A stretch of DNA of 61,636 bases from Abditibacteriaceae bacterium (lineage in GTDB: Bacteria > Armatimonadota > Abditibacteriia > Abditibacteriales > Abditibacteriaceae), in the NCBI GenBank assembly GCA_031425655.1, contig JANPJS010000292.1, positions 1 through 61,636 of the forward strand, read 5' to 3'. The stretch's first letter is position 1. The number at the start of each line of letters is the position of its first letter. A model generated the notes under the pieces. That model ran no database searches. It had not been told where the DNA came from and saw only the letters and a program-made list of their open reading frames with translations. Positions 18,301 through 27,237 of the stretch are shown here, in pieces. The translations under genes were made by a program, and so were the position numbers.

Positions 18301-21300
18301 ATGAAAATCCCCTTTTCGCTCCAAGAACATCCCGCTGCTCCGGTGAGCGCGCGGCGCCGTGCTCTGAGCTACGCTCTGGCCGTAACCGTGGTGGCGCTGA
18401 CAACAATCGCTAAAGCGCAGTTCTCGCTTTTAGGCGGGCTAAGCGTGCCGTTTTTGACTTTCGCCATTCCCATTTTTTTTAGTGCCTGGTTCGGCGGTCT
18501 GGGGCCGGGTTTGGCGGCGACGGGGCTTTCGCTGCTTTCGATTGAGCTTTATTTCACCCAAGTTGACGGAGTGCCCACGATGACCGCTTCCAGCGTATGG
18601 TGGGGCACCGTCATTCTGGTTTTTGAAGGCGTGGTTGTCAGTTTTTTGGGCGAAGCGCGTTTGCGCGGTGAAGGCGTTCTGCGTGCGGCGCGCGACTGGC
18701 TTGAAGACAGCGTGGCGCAGCGCACCGCAGAGCTTCGCGTGGCCAACGAGCAGCTTGCCGGGCAGATTGTCGAACGCGAAAACGCTCAGGCGCTGCTGTT
18801 GGAATCGGAAGCGAAATTTCGCTCCGTGGTGCAAACCGCCAGCGATGCCATCGTGATGAGCGATGCCGCCGGCATCATTACCTTCTGGAATCAGGGCGCG
18901 CAGGCGATGTTCGGTTATGGCGTCGAGGAAGTCATGGGCCAATCGCTTACGATGCTTATGCCCGAAGAATTGCGCCCTTTGCATTCGGCGGGCATCAAAC
19001 GGGTCTCAGAAGGCGGTGCGCCTCGTCTTGTCGGAGGCACGGCTGAAGTGCGCGCCCGGCGTAAGGATGGGCTTGAATTTCCCGTGGAGTTGTCGCTGGC
19101 GGCGTGGCAGGTCGGGGAAAACACCTTTTACAGCGGCATTTTACGCAATCTGACGGCCCGCAAGCAGGCTGAAGATGAGCGTGTGCAATTAGCCGCAGAG
19201 TTGGCTAAAACTTCTGAGGCGCAGGCCGGCGAAGCGCGTTACCGCTTGTTGGCCGAGGCGATTCCGCAGATCGTGTGGACGAGCGACCCCGACGGCGCTC
19301 TCGATTATTACAACCAGAACTGGTTTGAATATACGGGCCTGACTTTAGAACAAACACAAGGCTGGGGCTGGGAACCTGTTCTGCATCCCGATGATTTGAG
19401 CAATTGTCTCGACCGCTGGACACATTCTGTGGCCACAGGCGCAGACTACGAGGTGGAGTATCGTTTCAAGCGGCACGACGGCGTTTATCGCTGGCATCTG
19501 GGCCGCGCCTTGCCGTTGCGCGACGGGCAGGGACGCATCGTCAAATGGTTCGGCACCTGCACCGACATTGACGACCAAAAACGCACCGAACACGCCTCGC
19601 GCTTTTTAGCGCAGGCGGGCGCCGCCTTAGCCGCGCAACTCGACGAACGCGCCATCGCGCAGCATTTAGCCGAGCTTTGCGTGCCGTCGCTGGCCGATTG
19701 GTGCTTCGTGGACATCGCCGACACCGATGACGCGCCGAAATGGGAAGTTCAAGCGCCTGCTGCGCTGTGGCGCGCAGCGCACAGTGGGCCGCATACGCTA
19801 CCGGTCAGCGCGCCGGGCCGCTTTGAGTTGTCGGACGACGAAGCGGCCACGCCGCGCGGGCCGTGGCTGGCGCTCTGTGCGCATCACGCCGACAAAATCG
19901 AAAGCATGACGCCGGGACTTCTTTCCACGCTGACACGGCGCGGCGCGCCTCTGGAAGCCTTGCGCGGCGCGCCGGTGCAATCTTTAGCCTGCCTGCCGCT
20001 GATGGCGCGCGGGCGCGCCTTGGGCGTGCTGACTTTGGCCGTGGCTTCGCCCGAAAAACAGCCCGGCGCCGTCGAAATGGCCATGATCGAAGACCTGGCG
20101 CGCCACGCCGCTTCAATGATGGACAACGCGCGTTTGTTTCACGAATTGCAGCAGGCCAATCGCACTAAAGACGAGTTTTTAGCGATCCTTTCGCACGAGT
20201 TGCGCACACCTTTGACGGCGATTCTTGGTTGGGTGCAACTGCTGGGCAGTGGCCGCTTGGACGAAGAAACCCGCTCGCGCGCTTTGCAAACCATTGAGCG
20301 CAACACGCGGGCGCAGGCGCGGATGATCGAAGATTTGCTCGATTTATCGCGCATCGTTACGGGCAAACTGCGCCTGGAAATCGCGCCGCTGATGATGGCT
20401 TCGGTCATTGAAGCCGCCGTCGAAGCGATTCGCCCGGCGGCGCAGGCCAAAGGCTTGGAGATTTTCGTATCACTCCAACCTGATCTCGAACTCATCAACG
20501 GCGATGCCCATCGTTTGCAGCAAGCGGTGTCGAATTTGTTGTCGAACGCCGTGAAATTCACGCCTGCGGGCGGGCGCGTCGAAGTGCGAGCACAGCAAAC
20601 GGAAGTGATGCTTGAAGTTGCGGTCAGCGACAGCGGACAGGGCATCGCGCCGGAGTTTTTGCCGCACGTTTTCGACCGCTTTCGCCAAGCCGACAGCAGT
20701 TCCACGCGGCGCCACGGCGGGCTGGGATTGGGCTTGGCCATCGTGCGCCACGTCATGGAATTGCACGGCGGCAGCGTGCGGGTGTTCAGCGAAGGACAAG
20801 GACGCGGCTCGACCTTCGTTTTGGGCTTGCCTTTAACCGCTCCGACCGCATCTGCGCCGCGCCCTCCAAGTTCTGAGACGGCGCCGCTGGAACCGGACGC
20901 TTTCGCCGAGCTTTTGCGCGGCGTTCGCGTGCTGGTTGTGGACGACGAACGCGATGCGCGCGACATTCTGAGCGCGTCGCTGGTGCGTTACGGCGCGGAA
21001 GTGCAGGCGTGCGCTTCGGTGCGCGAGGCGCTCGAAGCCTTGCCCGGCTGGCAGCCGCGCGTTTTGGTTTCCGATATTGGAATGCCGCAGGAAGATGGCT
21101 ACGATCTGATTCGACAAGTGCGCGCTCTTGCGCCCGGCGACGGCGGGCAGGTGCCGGCGATGGCTCTCACCGCCTACGCGCGCTCGTCCGACCGCGAACG
21201 CGCGCTCGAACTCGGTTTCAACCGTCACGTTTCCAAGCCGATTGACCCGGCTTCGTTAGCCGCCATCGTCGCAGAATTAGCCGCCACCAATGGCGCCGCC

Positions 21301-21312
21301 AATGGCGCCTGA
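18301..21312 (+). CDS. Hybrid sensor histidine kinase (TM sensor, PAS x2, GAF-like, HisKA, HATPase, receiver)
   Basis: FLAILSHELRTPL, NLLSNAVKFT, DSGQGI, GGLGLGL; receiver VLVVDDE, VSDIGMP, SKP; PAS motifs. Confidence 0.95.
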   Translation: MKIPFSLQEHPAAPVSARRRALSYALAVTVVALTTIAKAQFSLLGGLSVPFLTFAIPIFFSAWFGGLGPGLAATGLSLLSIELYFTQVDGVPTMTASSVWWGTVILVFEGVVVSFLGEARLRGEGVLRAARDWLEDSVAQRTAELRVANEQLAGQIVERENAQALLLESEAKFRSVVQTASDAIVMSDAAGIITFWNQGAQAMFGYGVEEVMGQSLTMLMPEELRPLHSAGIKRVSEGGAPRLVGGTAEVRARRKDGLEFPVELSLAAWQVGENTFYSGILRNLTARKQAEDERVQLAAELAKTSEAQAGEARYRLLAEAIPQIVWTSDPDGALDYYNQNWFEYTGLTLEQTQGWGWEPVLHPDDLSNCLDRWTHSVATGADYEVEYRFKRHDGVYRWHLGRALPLRDGQGRIVKWFGTCTDIDDQKRTEHASRFLAQAGAALAAQLDERAIAQHLAELCVPSLADWCFVDIADTDDAPKWEVQAPAALWRAAHSGPHTLPVSAPGRFELSDDEAATPRGPWLALCAHHADKIESMTPGLLSTLTRRGAPLEALRGAPVQSLACLPLMARGRALGVLTLAVASPEKQPGAVEMAMIEDLARHAASMMDNARLFHELQQANRTKDEFLAILSHELRTPLTAILGWVQLLGSGRLDEETRSRALQTIERNTRAQARMIEDLLDLSRIVTGKLRLEIAPLMMASVIEAAVEAIRPAAQAKGLEIFVSLQPDLELINGDAHRLQQAVSNLLSNAVKFTPAGGRVEVRAQQTEVMLEVAVSDSGQGIAPEFLPHVFDRFRQADSSSTRRHGGLGLGLAIVRHVMELHGGSVRVFSEGQGRGSTFVLGLPLTAPTASAPRPPSSETAPLEPDAFAELLRGVRVLVVDDERDARDILSASLVRYGAEVQACASVREALEALPGWQPRVLVSDIGMPQEDGYDLIRQVRALAPGDGGQVPAMALTAYARSSDRERALELGFNRHVSKPIDPASLAAIVAELAATNGAANGA

Positions 21313-21347
21313 CTTCGCAAAGCAGCGATAAACGGCCAGAGAAAATT

Positions 21348-21387
21348 AAAGGAGGGGAAAGCCAATGGCTTTCCCCTCCTTTGTTTT
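21348..21387. terminator. Bidirectional intrinsic terminator
   Basis: aaaggaggggaaagcc-aat-ggctttcccctccttt between convergent genes. Confidence 0.8.
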
Positions 21388-21398
21388 GCGGACGAATG

Positions 21399-22235
21399 TT
21401 ATTTTGCCTTGCGCGCCAACTGAGTCAGCACGGCTTGTTGCGCTGTGTAATGCTCCTTGAGACGCTCCTGCATCCGGTCGGGCAAGGCTTTGACTTCCTT
21501 ATAAGAGCCAACCGGGTAAAGAGGATTGAATGTCTCCATGAAGCCGCGCATTTTTTCCATGCGCTGACGCATTTCCTGCATCTGCTGCGCAGTGGGTGGC
21601 GCTCCGCCGAAGCCGCCGCCCGGCCCGCCGGGGCCACGCATTCCGCCGAAGCCGCCCGGCCCGCGCATTCCGTCTTGTCCACCGGGGCCGCGCATTCCGC
21701 CGGGGCCGCCCGGCCCACGCTTGTCATCGTGATCTCGTGGCCCGCGCATCCCGCCGGGGCCGCCGTCTCGTCCCGGCCCGCCGGGGCCGCGCCCGCCGAA
21801 GCCTCGGCGAGGCGGTTTCATCGCGGCTAACGCGGTTTTTTGCGGCGTCGTCAGAAAGCTGTTGAGCTTGGCCGAGACGCTTTTGGCTTCAGCTTCGCTC
21901 ATTTTCGGCTTCTTCTGCCAGACTTTAAGCGTTGCCACGATTTTCTTCGCCTGATCTTTAGAAAGAGGCGTCTTTTTCTGCGTTTCCAGCACGCCAATGC
22001 CGCGAATCAAGCCGCCGATTTGCATTTTTGCATTTCGACGAAAGCTGCCCGGCCCACCAGGACCACGCATTCCTCCGGGGCCGCCCGGCCCGCGCATTCC
22101 ATCGCGCTTTCCGTCATGACCTTGCATCGCGCCGGGGCCATCGCCATGCCCTTTATATCCGCCCGGCGGCTGGGCTTGCGCTACCAAAGGCATCAGTAGC
22201 GCCGCCATACCCGCTAATTTAACAATCGTTTTCAT
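21399..22235 (-). CDS. Secreted Gly/Pro-rich hypothetical protein (GGPGGMRGP repeats)
   Basis: AGGAG RBS; signal peptide ending AQA; helical core LSKDQAKKI...LTTPQK between low-complexity blocks. Confidence 0.8.
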   Translation of the reverse strand: MKTIVKLAGMAALLMPLVAQAQPPGGYKGHGDGPGAMQGHDGKRDGMRGPGGPGGMRGPGGPGSFRRNAKMQIGGLIRGIGVLETQKKTPLSKDQAKKIVATLKVWQKKPKMSEAEAKSVSAKLNSFLTTPQKTALAAMKPPRRGFGGRGPGGPGRDGGPGGMRGPRDHDDKRGPGGPGGMRGPGGQDGMRGPGGFGGMRGPGGPGGGFGGAPPTAQQMQEMRQRMEKMRGFMETFNPLYPVGSYKEVKALPDRMQERLKEHYTAQQAVLTQLARKAK

Positions 22236-22273
22236 GTCGTCTCCTGTTCGGCAGAACGGCTGCGCTTTGAAGC

Positions 22274-22347
22274 GCGGGGCTAACGCCCTCTTCCAAACTT
22301 GCGCCTATGATGCGACTTTGTTTGGAAGAGCGCGTTAGCCCCGCTAC
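22274..22347. repeat. REP-like inverted pair
   Basis: gcggggctaacgccctcttccaaac (22274-22298) versus gtttggaagagcgcgttagccccgc(tac) (22320-22347), one mismatch. Confidence 0.75.
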
Positions 22348-22390
22348 GCAAGGTTTAGTGCCATCCATTACTCGGCGTTTGCGTTCGGTT

Positions 22391-23239
22391 TCACGCTCCG
22401 GCTCGCGGAGTGTTGCCGCCCTGACCATCGCGTCCGCCACGTCCGCCGCGCCCGCCGCGTGGGTTTCCACCCTGTCCGCCGCCTTGTGCTCCGCCTTGTC
22501 CGCCACCTAAGTTCGGCCCGCCTCCGAAACCGGGGCCGGGGCCGTCTTGACCGCCGCCACCGCCCGGCCCGCCACCACCCGGCCCGCCACCGCCCGGCCC
22601 GCCAAATCCGCCGCCTCCACCGAAGCCACCGCCACCAAATCCGCCACCGAAGCCTCCACGACCGCCACCACCAGCAGCGGCGCCTTCGGCGACGGCCATT
22701 TCATCGCCGGTGAGACCGAGCAGAGTCAGCACGGCGGCCAAGCGCGGCTGCGTGCTGTATTTAATTTTCTCGTCCAGCGCGGTCAGTGCGGTTTTGCGCC
22801 GTGCGGTTTCGTCTTCCACACCGCCACGAAAGCCGTTCATCAAGGCGCTCACTTGTGCGTTGCTGCTGGCCTGATCGTAGGCCGAGCGCATCAGTTCGCG
22901 GTTCTTGTCTCGCAGCGTTTGCGTTGCGTTTTCTTGCGCTATCGAGAAGGCCACGATAGCGTCCTGCACCGCTTTGTCGGTGACTTCAGCGTTTTCCAGC
23001 ATCAAGCGCAGCGTGCGGTCGCGCATGAAATCGCGCATTTCTTCCATCAGCGTGTCGCGCTGTTCGGGTTTCAGATTGCGAAAATCGGGCGGCTGCGGCG
23101 CGCCATCGCGGCCACCTCCGAAACCGGGGCCGCCGCCGGGCGCCGGTTGAGCCTGCACGGCGCTCAGCGTCGTGCCCATCGCGGCTCCCAGAGCCAAAAA
23201 CGTCGTCAGCCATTTGCGTTGTGTTGAATTCTTTGTCAT
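22391..23239 (-). CDS. Secreted Gly-rich hypothetical protein, paralogue of 23271-24005
   Basis: Signal peptide; shares PDFRNxxPEQR, QDAxVAF, ARRKTAxTALD and KYSTQPRL with its neighbour. The longer ORF to 23428 is an off-frame read of the neighbour's repeat. Confidence 0.8.
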   Translation of the reverse strand: MTKNSTQRKWLTTFLALGAAMGTTLSAVQAQPAPGGGPGFGGGRDGAPQPPDFRNLKPEQRDTLMEEMRDFMRDRTLRLMLENAEVTDKAVQDAIVAFSIAQENATQTLRDKNRELMRSAYDQASSNAQVSALMNGFRGGVEDETARRKTALTALDEKIKYSTQPRLAAVLTLLGLTGDEMAVAEGAAAGGGGRGGFGGGFGGGGFGGGGGFGGPGGGGPGGGGPGGGGGQDGPGPGFGGGPNLGGGQGGAQGGGQGGNPRGGRGGRGGRDGQGGNTPRAGA

Positions 23240-23270
23240 GGGTTTCATACCTTTTAATGTCGCTTGCGCG

Positions 23271-24005
23271 TTATCGTCTCGGAGCGTTGCCGCCATCACC
23301 ACCACGGCCTCCGCCGCCAAAGCCTCCGCCGCCAAAGCCTCCGCCGCCAAAGCCTCCGCCGCCAAAGCCTCCGCCGCCAAAGCCACCGCCGCCAAAGCCG
23401 CCACCACCGAAGCCGCCACCGCCGCCAAAGCCTCCCATCATGCCGCCGGCAGCGTTGCCGCTGTTTAGCAGCAAAGCCTCGTCGCCGATAATGCCGAGAC
23501 TTGTCAGCAACGCGGACAAACGGGGCTGCGTGCTGTATTTAACCTGAATATCGAGCGCGGTCTGCGCGGTTTTGCGGCGCGCTTTTTCGGCGGCGGCGGC
23601 ATCCTGAAATTCTTTGAGCAAGGCCGCAATTTTCGCATCCGGTGTGCCTTTGGTGCTGACTGCTTCGACCAGCTTGCGGCTTTTTTCGCTCAGCGATTGT
23701 GTTGCGGTGTCCTGCGTATTCGCAAATGCGACAACCGCGTCTTGGGCCGGCTTGGCCGTGAAAGCGGCGTTGGTCATCATGCCGCGCACCATGCCCTCGC
23801 GCATCTGAGTGCGCATCTGCTGCATCGCCGCCGTGCGTTGTTCGGGCGTCATGTTACGAAAGTCGGGGCGATTGCCGCCTCCCTGCTGCCAGTTCTGCGG
23901 GTTTTCGCCCGCTCCGGGCGCGGCGATGTTGGGCTGAGCCAGCGCGGCGCCCGTCAGGCACAGCGAAAGCGCCAGCGGCGCGGCGATTCTCAATTTCTGT
24001 TTCAT
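23271..24005 (-). CDS. Secreted hypothetical protein with C-terminal (GGGGF)n tail
   Basis: GGAG RBS; signal peptide ending ALA; about 8 GGGGF units encoded by a 15-bp tandem repeat. Confidence 0.82.
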   Translation of the reverse strand: MKQKLRIAAPLALSLCLTGAALAQPNIAAPGAGENPQNWQQGGGNRPDFRNMTPEQRTAAMQQMRTQMREGMVRGMMTNAAFTAKPAQDAVVAFANTQDTATQSLSEKSRKLVEAVSTKGTPDAKIAALLKEFQDAAAAEKARRKTAQTALDIQVKYSTQPRLSALLTSLGIIGDEALLLNSGNAAGGMMGGFGGGGGFGGGGFGGGGFGGGGFGGGGFGGGGFGGGGFGGGGRGGDGGNAPRR

Positions 24006-24290
24006 GTTGTTCTCCATTTCCTATGGCGTTATCCGGCTGTCAACCGGTTTGTGTTTTATATTTTATGCGCTGCCGCCCCCGCTGTTGGTGAACCGCTCTT
24101 GAAGAAACGTGAGATTTTGTGAAGGGAGGCGGCGCAGATTGCTCTCGTGCAGGAGCGACCAGAAGATTCCGTAATGCGCTCAGGACGCGATCAAAAGTTT
24201 TCTTCGGCACTTTGTAAACTTACAGCGCAACAGCAGCTTCTGTCGAGATGGCTCTGCCTGTTGTTGAAGCTAATCAAATCACTTACTGCG

Positions 24291-25415
24291 ATGATTTACC
24301 TTGACCATAACGCCACCACGCCGATTTTGCCGGAAGTGCGCGAAGCGATGCTGCCGTATTTCACTGATGAATGGGGCAATGCGTCCAGCAGCTATCGTTT
24401 CGGCTCGAAACTCAAAGGCGTGATTGAAGCGGCGCGCGGCGAAGTGGCGTCGTTGATTGGTGCCGGTGCGCGTGAAATCATCTTCACCGGCTGCGCGACC
24501 GAAAGCAATAATGCGGCGATTCATGCCGCGCTCAAAGCCAATCCCGCTAAACGTCACATTATCACTTCGCAAGTCGAGCATTCCGCTGTGCTGCAAACCT
24601 GTCAGGCGTGGGAAAAAGATGGTTATCGCGTCACCTATCTCGGCGTTGACCGCAACGGCTTGTTGGACTTGGGCGAGTTGGAAAGCGCGCTTTCGGACGA
24701 AACCGCCGTTGTCTCGCTGATGTGGGCCAACAACGAAACCGGCGTGCTGTTTCCGGTGCAGCAAATCGGCGAACTCTGCCGCGAACGCGGCGTGCTTTTT
24801 CACTGCGATGCCGTGCAAGCCATCGGCAAATTGCCCGTTGATTTATCGAAAGTGCCGATAGATTATCTGGCCTTAGCCGGACACAAAATCAACGCGCCCA
24901 AAGGCATCGGCGCGCTTTACGTCCATCGCAAAGCGCCGTTTACGCCCCTTTTGCATGGCGGGCATCAGGAAAAAGGCCGGCGCGGCGGAACCGAAAACGT
25001 CGCGCTCATCGCCGGATTGGGTAAAGCCGCCGAGTTAGCTAAAAAACGCCTGCCCGATTACGACAAATCTGTGAGCCCACTGCGCGACGCTCTGGAAAAA
25101 GGCATCCTCGAAGCGATTCCCTGCGCCGAACTCAACGGCCACAAAACGCAGCGATTGCCCAACACAACTAACATCACATTTCGCGGCATCGAATCCGAGA
25201 GCCTGCTTTTGCTGCTGGACGGCGAAGACATCTGTGCCTCATCCGGCTCCGCGTGCCTCGCCGATTCCGACGAGCCTTCGCACGTCGTCAAATCCATGAA
25301 ACCCAACACCGACGCCCGCCAAACCGTGCGTTTTTCGCTGGGCATGGGGAATACAGCGGATGAAATTGGGCGCGTGGTGGAAACCGTGAAGCAGGCGGTT
25401 GAGGCGTTGGCATAG
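24291..25415 (+). CDS. dndA: Cysteine desulfurase (group I, IscS/NifS type), probable DndA sulfur donor
   Basis: MIYLDHNATT, ATESNN, VEHSAV, MWANNETG, HCDAVQ, GHKINAPKG, SSGSAC; stop lies 7 bp from the end of the dnd operon. The dndA label rests on context. Confidence 0.85.
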   Translation: MIYLDHNATTPILPEVREAMLPYFTDEWGNASSSYRFGSKLKGVIEAARGEVASLIGAGAREIIFTGCATESNNAAIHAALKANPAKRHIITSQVEHSAVLQTCQAWEKDGYRVTYLGVDRNGLLDLGELESALSDETAVVSLMWANNETGVLFPVQQIGELCRERGVLFHCDAVQAIGKLPVDLSKVPIDYLALAGHKINAPKGIGALYVHRKAPFTPLLHGGHQEKGRRGGTENVALIAGLGKAAELAKKRLPDYDKSVSPLRDALEKGILEAIPCAELNGHKTQRLPNTTNITFRGIESESLLLLLDGEDICASSGSACLADSDEPSHVVKSMKPNTDARQTVRFSLGMGNTADEIGRVVETVKQAVEALA

Positions 25416-25422
25416 CGGAAGC

Positions 25423-26706
25423 TTATTTCAATTTGCACACACGTTTGTAATCGACTTGCTCATCCTCGTCCAGATCACTGAATTTTCTGATGCCAAGGCA
25501 GAGTTCCAAACTCTTGCGAATTCTTTGTTTCCCTCTGCCTGACGCTTCAAAGAAGTGATCAGAAAAGTCGATTTCCGCACACGGCTTCATCCGTTCCTCA
25601 AAAAATGCTTGGCTTATATCCCTTCTCTCAGGTGCTACGGCTTCTACACAAAGCGTTTTGAGAACGTCAAATAAAGCCTGAATGCCAACGGTCTTTTGGA
25701 TGGAGGTTGATGCGGCATCCCGCCACAACAATTTACTGACTGCGTTGAAGTAATTATTAACAAGAGTGTAAATGACTAAATCCCGATTAGCTAAAAAATA
25801 TCCACGCAGAGGCGACCTATCCGCAGGCTTAATTTCACTTAACAATCCACGTTCGCGCCCACCCCCCAACTCTTTTTTCAGCATTAAATCTCGATCACGT
25901 TTCGGATTACTGGCAAAAAGAGTTAGCAATCCCTCGACAATAGTAGCTGTCGAAACAATCCATTTTTCCCCTTTCTCTTTAGCTGCGGCTTTGAGTGACT
26001 CTTCATCCTGAGCTGCAACTGAAATATGTCCTTTAAATACTGATTTCGCATCCGTGTTTAATTTACGGCAAATAAAAACGGCTGCTTTATCAGGAGACCA
26101 AGATTCAGGCGGTTCTTTCTCAATGCTGTATGCAAAAAGTTCATAAGTTAAACTTTTATCGACTTGCTTTTGGTTGAAGTTGATGGTTGCAAATAATCCC
26201 GCTTGATAAGCGTTGGGTAAATCTAAAAAAACTGCACAAACTAAGGGCATATCTTGTCGGCCTGGAATAGATGTTTTCTCAAATCCATAAAGCCTATGTT
26301 GTCCGTCAACAACAGCAGCAATTTTGTCTAATGAAGGGATTAGTAATTGTCCAGTCATACGATCTGAAAACAATTCTACAGACCACCTTTTCATTCCTTC
26401 AAACTCGTCTGTTTCTTCAATCAGTTTGCCGGTTTGGTTATCGTAATTCGCTGCCAAAATAATGGAATTAGGCAGGCAAGATTCAACTCCATCTAAATAG
26501 CGGCCTATAGCTTTTAGACGATCTTCATCTAATCGACGTTGATTCCCTTCGGGTTTGTAACCTACTGTGTCCGAGGCCTCCATTTCCACCCAATCAACGT
26601 AAGCCACTTTTAGCAAAACGTTGGCAGGAATAGAACAAACAAAAAATTCACCAAGTGGTTGCACCACTCGCAGCACAGGAAAACGCAAAGGCAGTTCGAA
26701 AGTCAT
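25423..26706 (-). CDS. DGQHR domain protein (DndB-like superfamily; phosphorothioation-associated DGQHR type)
   Basis: QPLGEF, GNQR, PNSIILAAN, VVDGQHRLYGF, FATINFNQKQVDKSLTYELF; visibly AT-rich. Confidence 0.9.
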   Translation of the reverse strand: MTFELPLRFPVLRVVQPLGEFFVCSIPANVLLKVAYVDWVEMEASDTVGYKPEGNQRRLDEDRLKAIGRYLDGVESCLPNSIILAANYDNQTGKLIEETDEFEGMKRWSVELFSDRMTGQLLIPSLDKIAAVVDGQHRLYGFEKTSIPGRQDMPLVCAVFLDLPNAYQAGLFATINFNQKQVDKSLTYELFAYSIEKEPPESWSPDKAAVFICRKLNTDAKSVFKGHISVAAQDEESLKAAAKEKGEKWIVSTATIVEGLLTLFASNPKRDRDLMLKKELGGGRERGLLSEIKPADRSPLRGYFLANRDLVIYTLVNNYFNAVSKLLWRDAASTSIQKTVGIQALFDVLKTLCVEAVAPERRDISQAFFEERMKPCAEIDFSDHFFEASGRGKQRIRKSLELCLGIRKFSDLDEDEQVDYKRVCKLK

Positions 26707-26708
26707 TT

Positions 26709-27215
26709 TCAGCTCCCACGAAAATCAGACAGATCACCAGGCAACTCTTCTTTTGGATTGCCACCCATTGCTGCCTCCTGAGAGATAGGTTTATCCGCTA
26801 AGTCCGGGTTCTCTCCATTTGCTATCCACCACAAGAACAGCGATAGGATTGTTCCGAATATAGCTGGATACATGGACCGCTCAGGACTTGGCCCAAAGGC
26901 TACCAAGACTGCACAACCAAATGCAATGACACCGCAGATTGAAAGCACTACCTTCGTTGGCTTTTCCAGATCAAGTTTGAGTTGAATGTCAACGAGAGCA
27001 GTGGCAGCGACGGCAACAAAATAAGAGTAACTTGCCGTCACGATTGTCTTGAGAAGTTCGGTTTTCGGCAGCGAGCCAAACCACCACCACCGCAGCACTG
27101 GTTCCCATAGGCCAAAACTACCTAACCCTACAACACAGCCAAAAAAATAAAACCAAAAGGTCTCTTGCTTCATGGGCTGGCACAACCGCCGTTTAAGGTC
27201 AGTAGAAAAAATCAT
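26709..27215 (-). CDS. Hypothetical 4-TM membrane protein in the dnd operon
   Basis: Four hydrophobic segments; GAGGAAGGA before ATG 27215; stop 2 nt before the DGQHR start; AT-rich. Confidence 0.75.
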   Translation of the reverse strand: MIFSTDLKRRLCQPMKQETFWFYFFGCVVGLGSFGLWEPVLRWWWFGSLPKTELLKTIVTASYSYFVAVAATALVDIQLKLDLEKPTKVVLSICGVIAFGCAVLVAFGPSPERSMYPAIFGTILSLFLWWIANGENPDLADKPISQEAAMGGNPKEELPGDLSDFRGS

Positions 27216-27237
27216 GGTAAAAAATTCCTTCCTCTTC

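Noticed and set aside
23221..23547. Extensin-like (PPPPK)n ORF and the (ALAAE)n extension of ORF 22391-23428
   Set aside because: Both are alternative-frame readings of the 15-bp repeat that encodes the GGGGF tail.
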